64,000 nt of DNA, taken from the IMG/VR virus record IMGVR_UViG_3300031867_003838, positions 44,671-108,670 of that record. One strand, 5' to 3'. This stretch comes from a virus (Duplodnaviria; Heunggongvirae; Uroviricota; Caudoviricetes). Both the position numbers and the translations under genes were made by a program. This document shows positions 49,642-59,443 of this stretch, one piece after another. The notes beneath the pieces are model-generated. The model searched no databases and was not told the origin of the DNA. It saw nothing but the letters and a program-made list of their open reading frames with translations. Position 1 is the stretch's first letter. Every line of letters starts with the position of its first letter.

Positions 49642-50794
49642 GATATTTCAGCAAGTATTCGTTCGACACGGCCTTGAAAGAATCACTGCCATCCTTCGCC
49701 CGGAACACAACGCCTTCTCTCATGCCACCGTCTATCTGCGATGATTCTGATCCCGCATACTCAAGGATTTCATCGATTGTATCAGGAAGCATGTAGTTCG
49801 AATCGACAATCGGCACGCACGGGATTCCGCATCTGTCTCGCAGAATCTCTTCCATCTCTTCAGTTCCGTATCTGCCATTCTCAGAAGTGATAAGATTGAA
49901 CGCAGCGAAGTCAATATCTTTCATGCCGTAATCGCGCTTCTGGATTTTGTGCCCGTAAATCTCGCCCTGAATTGTGATCCAATCTACGTCTAGTAAGTCC
50001 ATCAGAACAGACAGAACAGCTCTCATGTTATAGATCTTTTCAATTTCCCAGTACACGTTGGTGTCGTACCAGTTGTCTTGATCAGGAGTTTCCTGGACTA
50101 CATTGCGACTGCAGACATAGAATTCATCTTTGCCGAAAAGACCGCGACCGCGTTTGAGTGCATACGAGGCACTGCAGCCGTCCAGCTTCTCACTGGCGAC
50201 CCAAGGACCTTTATTATCAAGGATCCATGGGATGTTCTGGCACCTTGGTTCGTCTGTCTTAATTACCCATTCAGGCCACCCGCGCCTCTTGTCACTCTTT
50301 CTGCCGAAGAGCGCAAACATGACCTTCTTACTCCACGGCCTTTTCATCATCCATCTAGCCCAACGATGTTTGAAAAGTTTCGGATTTCTACGAGCCATCT
50401 GCTTATATTTATCAGCGCTCGGGCGCTTTCTGTAGTTGTCTTCCGGTGTGCTGTATCTAATATGAAGTTTCTCTGTAAGCCCGTCGCCTTCTCGTACTGA
50501 ATTTGCAGGGATATTTAAGTCGTCAAGCGACATGAGCAGCCCCTGAGACAGGACGGTTCCTTTGAAATATTTCTGAGTCTTAATCTTGTAGTGATTCTTC
50601 TCAAGGAACGTAAACGGCTCTTCATGCGGACACTCGGAATCGATCTCAATGTATACGGCCAGATCTCCGACCTTGAACTGCCCCTTACGAACCATCACTT
50701 TCCATCCTAATACTGTCGCCAGTTCAACTCTATCAGCACCAGGAATCGGCTGAATATCTACTATCTTCTCTACGTGTGCTAACTCACGTTCCAC
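49634..50794 (-). CDS. ATP-dependent RNA/DNA ligase-family nucleotidyltransferase
   Basis: Motif I KxDG (SEKLDGCSAS). Overall layout is ligase-like. Confidence 0.5.
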   Translation of the reverse strand: MERELAHVEKIVDIQPIPGADRVELATVLGWKVMVRKGQFKVGDLAVYIEIDSECPHEEPFTFLEKNHYKIKTQKYFKGTVLSQGLLMSLDDLNIPANSVREGDGLTEKLHIRYSTPEDNYRKRPSADKYKQMARRNPKLFKHRWARWMMKRPWSKKVMFALFGRKSDKRRGWPEWVIKTDEPRCQNIPWILDNKGPWVASEKLDGCSASYALKRGRGLFGKDEFYVCSRNVVQETPDQDNWYDTNVYWEIEKIYNMRAVLSVLMDLLDVDWITIQGEIYGHKIQKRDYGMKDIDFAAFNLITSENGRYGTEEMEEILRDRCGIPCVPIVDSNYMLPDTIDEILEYAGSESSQIDGGMREGVVFRAKDGSDSFKAVSNEYLLKYHG

Positions 50795-50828
50795 ATTATT
50801 ATCCTCCCAAATTTTTCTTCATATATAA

Positions 50829-51020
50829 TCAGACCTCTTTCCGACCCAGATCGTCGACGACTGTCTGTAACTTGGAATGAATTGGATAGAAGCAATCATC
50901 CTTCTCAACTCCCCTGAAGAAGGCATAGCTCTGATAAATCGGATCCGGCTCCGCTTTGAATCTGTAGCAATTATCTTTTACGCTACATTTGCTATTCTTG
51001 CACATTGTAATGTCTGGCAT
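50829..51020 (-). CDS. Cys-rich small protein
   Basis: RBS GAAGAGGAACAGTG ATG at an internal start (the track ORF is longer and overlaps the next gene by 118 nt). Confidence 0.4.
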   Translation of the reverse strand: MPDITMCKNSKCSVKDNCYRFKAEPDPIYQSYAFFRGVEKDDCFYPIHSKLQTVVDDLGRKEV

Positions 51021-51307
51021 CACTGTTCCTCTTCGGTATATAAGTAATCCGTAATCGCGTTTCTGAATGCGATCCAGCGCTCCTGATCGTCGGTTATGAT
51101 TGTTGCATCGATGTTCGGCATGGAACAAATACCACACATTCCGAGAATGCTTTTGCCGTCGATGATATAGCGACCAGCTTTCACATCAATATCTTCCTTG
51201 AATGTTGTGCAGATATTGACGAAGTGAATGACTTTATCTATGTCGTTGTTGAATGTTATTCTCATTACTGAACTCCTTCGAAATGATAAAGGGTGGATTA
51301 AATCCAC
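51020..51307 (-). CDS. Hypothetical protein
   Basis: 95 aa ORF. Confidence 0.4.
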   Translation of the reverse strand: MDLIHPLSFRRSSVMRITFNNDIDKVIHFVNICTTFKEDIDVKAGRYIIDGKSILGMCGICSMPNIDATIITDDQERWIAFRNAITDYLYTEEEQ

Positions 51308-51316
51308 CCATATTCA

Positions 51317-51937
51317 TCAGGGGAACTCACCTAACGGGACTCCAAGACTACTGTTCTTCAACCATGTAAATGCATATCCGAGTGCGTTCTCGTTCTTGTT
51401 GCAAAGCAGATCCGTGAAAATAACATCGTGTGCGGTGTTATTGATAATCACGAGAGCCGCTCTCTTCTTGGCGTTCGGTGTAACAGGTGTAACTTCTGCC
51501 GCAAAAATAAGGTTTATACCATTTACGACCTGGCTACCAAGATAAGCGAACGGCTCAACATTTGATCCGACGAAACCATCGAAGGCTTCATCCCATGCCG
51601 CCTTTGCGTCATCCGGAATGTCAGTAGTGGGATCGACTACAATTCCTCCGAGTTCTCCACCACTTTCTACGACACGTTCGATGCCTACAAGAGCAGCTTC
51701 CATATCACCTGGCTTCTCATTGAAAACAATCAGAACAATATTCTCTGTATCCTTGCCCGTAAGAACTGTCTGCTTTGCAAGCACAGCGTGATTCGTTCCA
51801 TTTACAACCTGATGACCAATATATGCAATGGGCTCATATTCAGCCCCAACAAGAGTTTCATTAATCTTCGCAAATGCCGTGGCAACCTTCTGCGGCATGC
51901 CGTTTGTATTGATATTTACTTCCCAATTACCTAACAT
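51317..51937 (-). CDS. Hypothetical protein with an internal tandem domain duplication
   Basis: GAEYEPIAYIGHQVVNGTNHAVLAKQTV...IVLIVFNEKPGD is duplicated as GSNVEPFAYLGSQVVNGINLIFAAEVTP...AALVIINNTAHD. Confidence 0.45.
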   Translation of the reverse strand: MLGNWEVNINTNGMPQKVATAFAKINETLVGAEYEPIAYIGHQVVNGTNHAVLAKQTVLTGKDTENIVLIVFNEKPGDMEAALVGIERVVESGGELGGIVVDPTTDIPDDAKAAWDEAFDGFVGSNVEPFAYLGSQVVNGINLIFAAEVTPVTPNAKKRAALVIINNTAHDVIFTDLLCNKNENALGYAFTWLKNSSLGVPLGEFP

Positions 51938-51996
51938 AGTTTCTCCTTTGTAATCAGATTTACTATTTGCTACAACCTATTTCCCGGGATAGGTAG

Positions 51997-52129
51997 TGCC
52001 GGCGGAGGAATTCGAACCCTCATGGATTTTCGATCCGAAGGATTAATTAACCTGCGATCTGAATCTCACTCGTGGTAGGATTGTAAGCTAATTAAGTCCG
52101 TTGCGTCTGGCCAATTCCGCCACACCGGC
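51997..52129 (-). tRNA. Atypical 133-nt tRNA-like gene: tRNA-Leu-like acceptor/D-arm + canonical T-arm/acceptor, with an insertion of about 55 nt in the anticodon/variable region
   Basis: Minus-strand sense 5'-GCCGGTG TG GCGGAATTGGCCAGACGC ... GAGGG TTCGAAT TCCTC CGCCGGC A-3'. The acceptor halves pair 7/7 with one G-U. No canonical anticodon stem could be found. Confidence 0.3.
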
Positions 52130-52324
52130 TTATATTGCGGATAACTGGGTCGTCCGGGGTAGACGTGTTATCCGCGTAATCCCCTTGCGGTTCAGGCTGT
52201 TCCGAGTGCCGCCAATTATATGCCCAGTGTGCTATTTTTTAAGGTGGTTTCGGTTCCACCACTTCAGGCAAAGATTGATCGCGCAAAGCGTGAAATCTTT
52301 TCGTGTTGCTGACGAAAAGATTAA

Positions 52325-52396
52325 CTGGGGATCTGCGAATCGAACGCAGGATGTAGCAGTCAAAGTGCTATGCCTTAACCACTTGGCGAATCCCCA
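52325..52396 (-). tRNA. tRNA-Gln (anticodon UUG)
   Basis: Full 72-nt cloverleaf on the minus strand: TGGGGAT T C GCC-AAGTGGTTAA-GGC A TAGCA-CTTTGAC-TGCTA CATC CTGCG-TTCGATT-CGCAG ATCCCCA G. Confidence 0.8.
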
Positions 52397-52788
52397 AAGA
52401 AAGGAGCTGACCCTAACATCTCTCACGCCTAGGTCAGCACGGTTAATACCAGGCGATGTGTTATTCCCGTGCCAAAAATAAAGGATTATGAAACAGAGTG
52501 TGCTATTACGCCAAAGCATCCACGCCGACATATCTTGGGGAATATATAGGTATATTACATGTCGGTACTATCCTATATACCATGGTCGTGCCAAACCACA
52601 CACCCAAGTTGTGAGATCCATACCGTTAAGCGATGCCTTTCGCATAGGTACGTACAATGTACTTATCGGTCATGCCTGTAAATCATGTCCTGTCATCCCA
52701 CACACGGAATTCGCATGAAACGATTCCGTCCATCGCGATGCACTCTTTAGATGATGGCTGCTTCTAAGCCTACATCCTCTATTTCAAA

Positions 52789-52861
52789 CCGGAACGGCAG
52801 GAATCGAACCTGCATTCAAGCCATCAGCAATGTACCTGTTCTGCCATTAAACTACGTTCCG
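52789..52861 (-). tRNA. Degenerate tRNA-like element (tRNA pseudogene?)
   Basis: Perfect 7-bp acceptor (CGGAACG/CGTTCCG), U8A9, D-arm GTTT-AATGGCA-GAAC, T-arm GCAGG-TTCGATT-CCTGC and canonical spacing (73 nt). No anticodon stem can be formed. Confidence 0.25.
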
Positions 52862-53525
52862 AAATGCCTGTCTTTCCAGGCTGCCAGACCCTTTGCCTAC
52901 CTAGACATTTCACGGATTCGAACCGCACCTCGTCTTTACCAAAACTCGGTCAGCGAGCAGAATCGAACTGCATTTATTATGCGGGTGAAGATTTGCACCT
53001 CACATGAAGATGATTTTTTTCAATGCAGGGTTATCGCAATGGTCGTGTTAGCTCTTAATCTTAACGAGCTGTTCCTACTCGCAAGTCATCTTCTCCCTGT
53101 TGACCCCGTCTACCTATTCCGCCACCGCATAACATTTATTTTCAAACGCTACCTGTTCAAAATTGCTATCATAGCAGCTCCATATAAGCCTCGGCGTAAA
53201 CCAACATCCAACCGCACAGAATTGCACAGGAGATTTTCGTATTATTTACTACCTATTGTGTATTGTATACTGCTTATATAAAATTTACTGCTTATTGCTT
53301 ACACTACCTACTGAATACTAGCTACTGTCTACTACTTAAATCATCGACGCTGACAATTTTTAAATGTATTATAGGCACATTTAATATTTTGTCTGCATAA
53401 CTTTTATTTGTATATATTTCCTTGTTAGAGCAGATTTTTTATAGTTTTACATCTCTCAACCTGCAAAACTAGAGATGGGATGTTGAAGTGAGACTTTCGC
53501 TATGATAGCAATAATGTTATTAGTT

Positions 53526-54161
53526 TCAGTATTCGATTGTTATATCATGAGTTGCATTTGCGATCTGAATCGCTGTGTCAACACCGGCTTCGAACTTTGC
53601 AATTTCCTCTTCCAGATCTTTGATCTTGTCTCTGATCTTCAGCGGATCAATCAGTTCGTACTGATTTTTCTCGCGGTATGCTTCGAGGAACTTCAGGTAC
53701 TCAGCCTTGTCAGATTTCGCGTCACCCTCGAAACTCTGCTTCGCATGTTTCTCCGCAGCATCATCGAGTTTCTGACCGTTCTCGTTCTTAACTTTGTTCT
53801 CACCATCCCTAAGAGCCTTAACCAGAACGTCGAGCACAATCTTTTTCTCATTAATGCCGTAGTTCTTCATGTAGATCGCAGATGCTACGCTCATTTCTTT
53901 TCCGGCAATATTGACTTTTGTTCCGGCGTTAAATTCATTAATCGCTTCTTTCATTGCGTTATAGCGATTAATGAGAGTCGTAATTGAGTCATAATTGACC
54001 TTCGCCATACGATCAAATTCCTCTTTGGTGATACCATTTACCTTCTTTGCAGTGACCCTATTGGCCGCCACAGGTGTAAAGTTTATAAGGGATTTGGCGA
54101 TTCTGTCTTCCTGGATCTTGAGTTGACCAATCGCTTCAATGACTTTCATTGTCTCCTGCAT
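53526..54161 (-). CDS. Hypothetical protein
   Basis: 211 aa, K/E-rich. Confidence 0.45.
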   Translation of the reverse strand: MQETMKVIEAIGQLKIQEDRIAKSLINFTPVAANRVTAKKVNGITKEEFDRMAKVNYDSITTLINRYNAMKEAINEFNAGTKVNIAGKEMSVASAIYMKNYGINEKKIVLDVLVKALRDGENKVKNENGQKLDDAAEKHAKQSFEGDAKSDKAEYLKFLEAYREKNQYELIDPLKIRDKIKDLEEEIAKFEAGVDTAIQIANATHDITIEY

Positions 54162-54262
54162 TGTGTTCCTCCTATTTTTGATCTAGTATTCTGTCTTTGT
54201 GACTATACTGAGTATAGCACCATTGATTCATGTTGTCAACTCTAGTATTACGTTTTTGTAAA

Positions 54263-54700
54263 TTATTTTCCGGTCGATCCAAAGCCACCAGATCCGCGCC
54301 CAGTGAGATCAAGTTCGTCCACCTCTTCGAAATGTACATTATGATATGGAAGCAATACCATCTGCGCGACACGCTCACACTGCCCGATGTCATACGGCTT
54401 GTCTGAGTCGTTGTGGAGGGGGACCATAACTTCGCCAAGGTAGTCGCAGTCTACCACTCCAACACAATTTGCAGGTCTGACCCCGTGTTTAGTCGAGAGT
54501 CCGCTTCTAGCAAAGATCGCGCCGAAGTAACCTGCTGGCAGTTGCATCGCAAAGCCTGTATGAATCAGCGCTGTCTCACCTGGTTGCAGCAGGTAATCGT
54601 GAGCTGCATACAGGTCGAATCCTGCTGAGTATTCAGATCCTCTGGTAGGGATCGTTCCATCGGGTGAAAGTCTTTTGAGTTTTACGTTCAGATCACACAT
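54263..54700 (-). CDS. dut: dUTP diphosphatase (dUTPase)
   Basis: Motifs AGYFGAIFARSGLSTKHG, GVVDCDYLGEVMV and RGSGGFGSTG. Confidence 0.8.
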   Translation of the reverse strand: MCDLNVKLKRLSPDGTIPTRGSEYSAGFDLYAAHDYLLQPGETALIHTGFAMQLPAGYFGAIFARSGLSTKHGVRPANCVGVVDCDYLGEVMVPLHNDSDKPYDIGQCERVAQMVLLPYHNVHFEEVDELDLTGRGSGGFGSTGK

Positions 54701-55211
54701 CTTTCCAAAACCTTTCTGTAATATCTTTGTGAATATGGCTAATCTTATACATCCTCTGGTTCGTCGTCTTGCTGTCCAGACCGCCGAGCTCTTCCACGTA
54801 ATGGCCGACCTTCAGATAATCCACTGCATCCCAGATGGATTTGGGAGGATTATCGTCGCCTGTATACATTGCGATCTTTAATCCTGGGTAAAGAAATCTG
54901 AGCTTGTCAATCAACGAAAGTATCTCGCCACGTTCGTGATCTCCACCCATGAACAACACACAGCTGATCTCATCTCTATGCTCGTCGATTATGTCATAGA
55001 TGTCATCGTCTAATACACGGCCGGCATCTTCCCATAAGTTCTTTGAATGGCACCCTTCGCACCGCCACGGGCATCCAGTGATGTTGAAAGCCAGCGAAAT
55101 TTCGTCCGGCACTTCCTGTAATACTATTGAATATCCATCATACTTCAGCATTTGCGTAATACCTCCTCGTAAACTGATTGTTTGACGCCAGTTCAACTCC
55201 AAGTATCTCAT
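54693..55211 (-). CDS. nrdG: Anaerobic ribonucleotide reductase activating protein (radical-SAM NrdG)
   Basis: CxxxCxxC motif NITGCPWRCEGCHSKN. GGD...YTGD layout as in T4-type NrdG. Confidence 0.65.
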   Translation of the reverse strand: MRYLELNWRQTISLRGGITQMLKYDGYSIVLQEVPDEISLAFNITGCPWRCEGCHSKNLWEDAGRVLDDDIYDIIDEHRDEISCVLFMGGDHERGEILSLIDKLRFLYPGLKIAMYTGDDNPPKSIWDAVDYLKVGHYVEELGGLDSKTTNQRMYKISHIHKDITERFWKDV

Positions 55212-55629
55212 CGTATACTGGCTCGCTATTTGGAATATATCTTCCGAATTTGATAATAATATTGTTAAATTTGCGAAGAATCATCACCTTATCATCTATC
55301 TCGTCTGGGTAATATCCGGAGTAAATAACAATTGGATCCTGACAATCGTATTGATTTCGCAAAACAGAAACAAAACGCTTCAGCTCGTCAAACGAATCCA
55401 ATGGTTCAAGCCCCTGACATACAACAGCCTCTGTAATTGGATTGTTGATATAGCGTTTACAGAGCTTGTTAATGTCGACAGTGATCGGTTTCTCATCTTT
55501 CAACGATTGATTCTGGCAGAGATCTTTGCCACATTTAAAAGAGCAAGTTGGAAACATTAATGTCATTGACGGGACCCTGTAGTTAACAAAGTCCTCGTCG
55601 ATGATACCTTTAAGAGTAATTGTATTCAT
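55138..55629 (-). CDS. Second NrdG-like protein with non-canonical Cys spacing
   Basis: CSFKCGKDLC (C-x3-C-x4-C). CQGLEPLD...IVIYSGYYPDEID parallels NrdG GGDPL...WVWTGY. Overlaps nrdG by 74 nt. Confidence 0.45.
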   Translation of the reverse strand: MNTITLKGIIDEDFVNYRVPSMTLMFPTCSFKCGKDLCQNQSLKDEKPITVDINKLCKRYINNPITEAVVCQGLEPLDSFDELKRFVSVLRNQYDCQDPIVIYSGYYPDEIDDKVMILRKFNNIIIKFGRYIPNSEPVYDEILGVELASNNQFTRRYYANAEV

Positions 55630-58600
55630 GAGAATATATCCTCTGATGTCAAATTAATTGGTTCCCATTTCCTCAGTTTGTATTCTTTTGACCGTTCCTT
55701 TGACCATGTTTTAACTGGTGTATAGAAGCCGACGATCCTCGTGTACTCAGTCGCTACTGGCTCTCCGCATACCGGGCAGATTTTACCATAGAAGGCATGA
55801 TTGTGTTTACACGCTTGAATCTTAGTATTGAAGGCGAAGTATGTAACTCCACTATCAGCAATATAGTTCACCATCTTCCACGCTTTATCAAAACTATCAA
55901 ATGGCGAGTCTATGTTTGCATGAAGAATTGAACCGCCATTACAGTATCCGTCAAACTCTGCTGCAATCCTGACTCTTTCCTGCAACGTGGTCTTAATTCC
56001 AAGAGGGATGAACTGATTGCCATACAGTGGCAGGTCATAAATCCTTGCTCTTGGATAGAAGAATTTATCCTTCTGCATCAGTTTCGCCGCAGCACTTTCG
56101 CCAGGAATTTGTTCAGTGTTAATTTGGTAATCACATCCGTAGCTCTCGATGAATTCGTCCGCGACTCTTCTCATTGTCTGGAATATCTTCTGCCCGAATA
56201 TAGATGCTTTCTCGGTATAGTAAGTGTTACCAAATTCATCTACTTTGATATATTTGAATTTCTTCATTGTCTCGTATATGCCGAGGAACCCTATAGTATT
56301 GTAGAGGAACTCGAAACCTATAAGACCGTATGTGAAGTTTGGTAGAATACCCTTATCAACATTACGCTTAATAATATGCCGGACTGCATCGAGAGCGCAC
56401 AAGCAGACATATGTGCGATCTTCCAACTCTTTCAGATACTCTTCTTCAGTCTTTGTGTCGAGTGCTATTCTTGCCAAATTAATGGTATTAACTTTTACAG
56501 ATCCTACTTTCAGAGCCGTCCCGCCAATGCTGTTGAAATACCCAAGTTCTCGTATATCAGACTTTAATCTGCAATTGTGTGTCATTATTCCATTTGGTAA
56601 CGTAAAATACGGATCTGTTTCATCACTCATTTCAAAACAATATACATAGTCGTCATCACTCTCATATTCTTCTATGTTTTTAATCTTAAAAAATATTGAA
56701 TTATTACGCTTTATATATATACCACTTTGATTTCGTCTGTTACACCTCTCATACCATCTTATACAATATACAGGGTAATTCCTATTAAATGCTTCGCCCC
56801 TGATAATAACTTCACCATCACCTGTTCTGTCAGACACATCAATGATACTCTGAAGCCCAAGTGTTGTTATAAGAGCTTCCATATCATAGATAAGACCAGG
56901 CGATGTCGAGTAAATTCGATTGCTATTTCCGCCGTCGGTTAAATAATAACCATCTAAAACTCCCTGTCGAAACTCATATGACTGGAGAAGACAATCGAGG
57001 TTTAATCTTTTCTCAAATGAATATCTACCAGAGACAAATTTTCTAATAAATAAACCGACTTTGTTGCTACAAATTAACAGAGGATATACATTATTGAATG
57101 GCGTATTCAATGAAAACGCTTTTGATTCGCCGATGTCTTTAAGTGCAACTTTTAAAATATGTTTTGATACGTTATATTTTTCTTCGTTAAGAGATAAAGA
57201 TACTACAATCGAATTACTGGTATCAGTATTATCGTTATACATAGAGCCATCTCCAAGGTACATACCAACTAAATATCCCTGTTCGTATGTAAGCGACTCA
57301 TCTACCTCTCTGACAGAATATAATGGAACATTGTTGAACATTAAATAATCATCTGTTGTTAATTGATCAGTAGCTACTTCACCTCTATGAGTTAAATTAA
57401 TGTGATTGTCAGTGACAAGTATCTCTTTATTATTTACAGTAGTAACTTTATATAGCTTTCGTTTTGGAAGTCTAATAATCTTCCCCTTCGTCCATCCGCC
57501 ATTATTAAACACTGTAAAATTACGCTTAGTTTCGTTATATGGCGCTTCATACAATTCTTTGAACGTCATAAAATTCACGCCGTCTGAAGACTTAGTAAGC
57601 GTCATTTGTGAACCATCGAAACAACAATTACTTAAGCTATTAACGCTTGAATCGACAAATAGATTCGAGTCAGACCATTTCATATTATGTTTGATCGCCC
57701 ACTTTGCAAATTCTTCATCGACAAATTTGCCATCCTGTCGTAGTAAAGAAATGGTACTGACCGGGAAAGTGAACATATTGTCACTTCTAATTTCAGACAT
57801 GACTTCCATATACCACTTCTGAAACTCAATTATCTCATCTTCATAGTCAATCATGAACGTCCCATCTGGGAACATCGCTCCTCCAAAGAGCGCTTCGAAA
57901 TAAGGTCTGTCAAACACTGAACTGTTAGTGAAGGCAGATTGACTTCCATCGCGGACGTAGGGCTGGTTAACTGCAAAAATAAAACGCTGAAAATTCTGGC
58001 GAGCGTAATACTTTTCATTGCCACTACTTCTTACGCCCATATAGTCTGCATCAACATCTTTCTTCCAGAAATAAAACATGTACGGTATTATATTAGGTAA
58101 GCCAACTGCACCACTTGTTCGATTACACGCAAAGCTGACAAACTCCTTAACAAAATCTACGAATGTGGTCAAGTGTTTTGCAGGTAAAGCGTTCTGCCCA
58201 TCTATAAAATAAAGCCCCTTCTCAGCCAGATCCTTCAGATCATATGCAAAACAGTATGACCTAAACGTACTTGAAGGAGCGTCATGCAAATAAAGATCCC
58301 CTATCCACTCCATTCTCAACCAGGCATTTGCTGTTTTAAAACCAAACTTCTTCGAAATTTCATAATAGATTTTATTGAATGCAAGCAGCTTAGAGTGCGG
58401 TTTAGGCATTTCACGCTCAAGGGTCACAATATCTTTATGACTTACATTAGAATTGCCATCAATACTTGAATCTGCCACCACCTGTTCGTCAACAAAATTG
58501 TCAATAAAATCAGTATAACTTAATTGATTGTCATCAAAACCGTTCAGTCTAGCTATATCTGTTCCGAATTCTGTTTGAAGTTTATTGTATTGAGAAACGA

Positions 58601-58655
58601 AGTTCTTAACTAGCTTAATGTTTATCTCCATCCTTATAACCTCTGGTTTACCCAA
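55626..58655 (-). CDS. nrdD: Anaerobic ribonucleoside-triphosphate reductase NrdD (class III RNR), interrupted by an intein
   Basis: Extein junction SLSNC|CRLKSD (conserved NrdD CCRL). C-terminal Zn-ribbon CPVCGEP and glycyl-radical region TRIVGFYTP. Confidence 0.75.
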   Translation of the reverse strand: MGKPEVIRMEINIKLVKNFVSQYNKLQTEFGTDIARLNGFDDNQLSYTDFIDNFVDEQVVADSSIDGNSNVSHKDIVTLEREMPKPHSKLLAFNKIYYEISKKFGFKTANAWLRMEWIGDLYLHDAPSSTFRSYCFAYDLKDLAEKGLYFIDGQNALPAKHLTTFVDFVKEFVSFACNRTSGAVGLPNIIPYMFYFWKKDVDADYMGVRSSGNEKYYARQNFQRFIFAVNQPYVRDGSQSAFTNSSVFDRPYFEALFGGAMFPDGTFMIDYEDEIIEFQKWYMEVMSEIRSDNMFTFPVSTISLLRQDGKFVDEEFAKWAIKHNMKWSDSNLFVDSSVNSLSNCCFDGSQMTLTKSSDGVNFMTFKELYEAPYNETKRNFTVFNNGGWTKGKIIRLPKRKLYKVTTVNNKEILVTDNHINLTHRGEVATDQLTTDDYLMFNNVPLYSVREVDESLTYEQGYLVGMYLGDGSMYNDNTDTSNSIVVSLSLNEEKYNVSKHILKVALKDIGESKAFSLNTPFNNVYPLLICSNKVGLFIRKFVSGRYSFEKRLNLDCLLQSYEFRQGVLDGYYLTDGGNSNRIYSTSPGLIYDMEALITTLGLQSIIDVSDRTGDGEVIIRGEAFNRNYPVYCIRWYERCNRRNQSGIYIKRNNSIFFKIKNIEEYESDDDYVYCFEMSDETDPYFTLPNGIMTHNCRLKSDIRELGYFNSIGGTALKVGSVKVNTINLARIALDTKTEEEYLKELEDRTYVCLCALDAVRHIIKRNVDKGILPNFTYGLIGFEFLYNTIGFLGIYETMKKFKYIKVDEFGNTYYTEKASIFGQKIFQTMRRVADEFIESYGCDYQINTEQIPGESAAAKLMQKDKFFYPRARIYDLPLYGNQFIPLGIKTTLQERVRIAAEFDGYCNGGSILHANIDSPFDSFDKAWKMVNYIADSGVTYFAFNTKIQACKHNHAFYGKICPVCGEPVATEYTRIVGFYTPVKTWSKERSKEYKLRKWEPINLTSEDIFS
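56574..57623 (-). mobile_element. Intein (350 aa) with LAGLIDADG homing-endonuclease domain inside nrdD
   Basis: Begins CFDGSQMTL and ends GIMTHN followed by a Cys. Two LAGLIDADG-like motifs: YLVGMYLGDGS and VLDGYYLTDGG. Confidence 0.65.
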
Positions 58656-58843
58656 TCAACGGCCAGCTTAAATTCCATCAGTTCGCCGTTCACTTCAAGA
58701 ACCGGAGCCGTTACAAATCCCTTCTTAATTAACTGGGACACATCAGTTTCTTTTGTATAAGCAACACCCGCACTGTCGAGCTTTGCTTCTAATACATTGC
58801 ATTTTGGACACCCCGTCGTATACAAAATTACCTTATCTTCCAT
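58634..58843 (-). CDS. Glutaredoxin/NrdH-like redoxin
   Basis: RBS GGAGGAGGATAAAA ATG at an internal start. CPKC active site (KVILYTTGCPKCNVLE). Confidence 0.55.
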   Translation of the reverse strand: MEDKVILYTTGCPKCNVLEAKLDSAGVAYTKETDVSQLIKKGFVTAPVLEVNGELMEFKLAVDWVNQRL

Positions 58844-59071
58844 TTTTATCCTCCTCCAAAATCCAGTACTTAAATCCATTATGCCCAGGCCAACAGTCGT
58901 TGTACGCAACGCACATAGCGCATTCAACCGTTATGTCGCACAGAAATCTTGCCAACTCTTCGTCGGACATCTGACGTATCTGATCCGCATGTGACATGCA
59001 TTCTCCTTTCTATAATCTAGTATTGCTTCGTTATAAAGAATTTTTAAGGCCCAGAAAACTGGGCCATTCGT

Positions 59072-59443
59072 TTACTGCTGCTTGAATGTCACTGACATGA
59101 CAAGCCCGTCGGCGTATACAATATAGTAATTCTCGCTTCCATCGTAATACGTTCTAGATGTTATCTCATCTATGTTTTTGTATCCGATCATAGCTCTATT
59201 CCTCCGATCCATCAGCTCTGCCCCGACTTCTGCAGAACGGATCTTCGGGTTTATTATCCTGGTGGTGCTCATCGACACGTTCTTTTTACTCTGCAAAGAG
59301 ATGTCGACGACGCCTTTAAATTGACCATTATCAAGTAACTGTTTGATCTCTGCGATCTTCCTCACTCTGTTCACCACCTTCTCGTTAAAATCGAACATAT
59401 GTTCGTGTGTTCGTATTATAACATGAATGAGGAGAAGCTTCAA
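59072..59443 (-). CDS. Hypothetical protein
   Basis: 123 aa ORF. Confidence 0.4.
   Translation of the reverse strand: MKLLLIHVIIRTHEHMFDFNEKVVNRVRKIAEIKQLLDNGQFKGVVDISLQSKKNVSMSTTRIINPKIRSAEVGAELMDRRNRAMIGYKNIDEITSRTYYDGSENYYIVYADGLVMSVTFKQQ

Noticed and set aside
52908-52975. Two further tRNA T-arm-like motifs (GGATTCGAACC, AATCGAA)
   Set aside because: No complementary acceptor strand was found within 70-95 nt for either, so they were not called as tRNA genes.
52101-53281. Four ORF-track ORFs (52101-52481, 52232-52531, 52488-52718, 52751-53281)
   Set aside because: They lie over tRNA and tRNA-like sequences and long hairpins, have no RBSs and give odd composition. The region is treated as non-coding RNA or regulatory.
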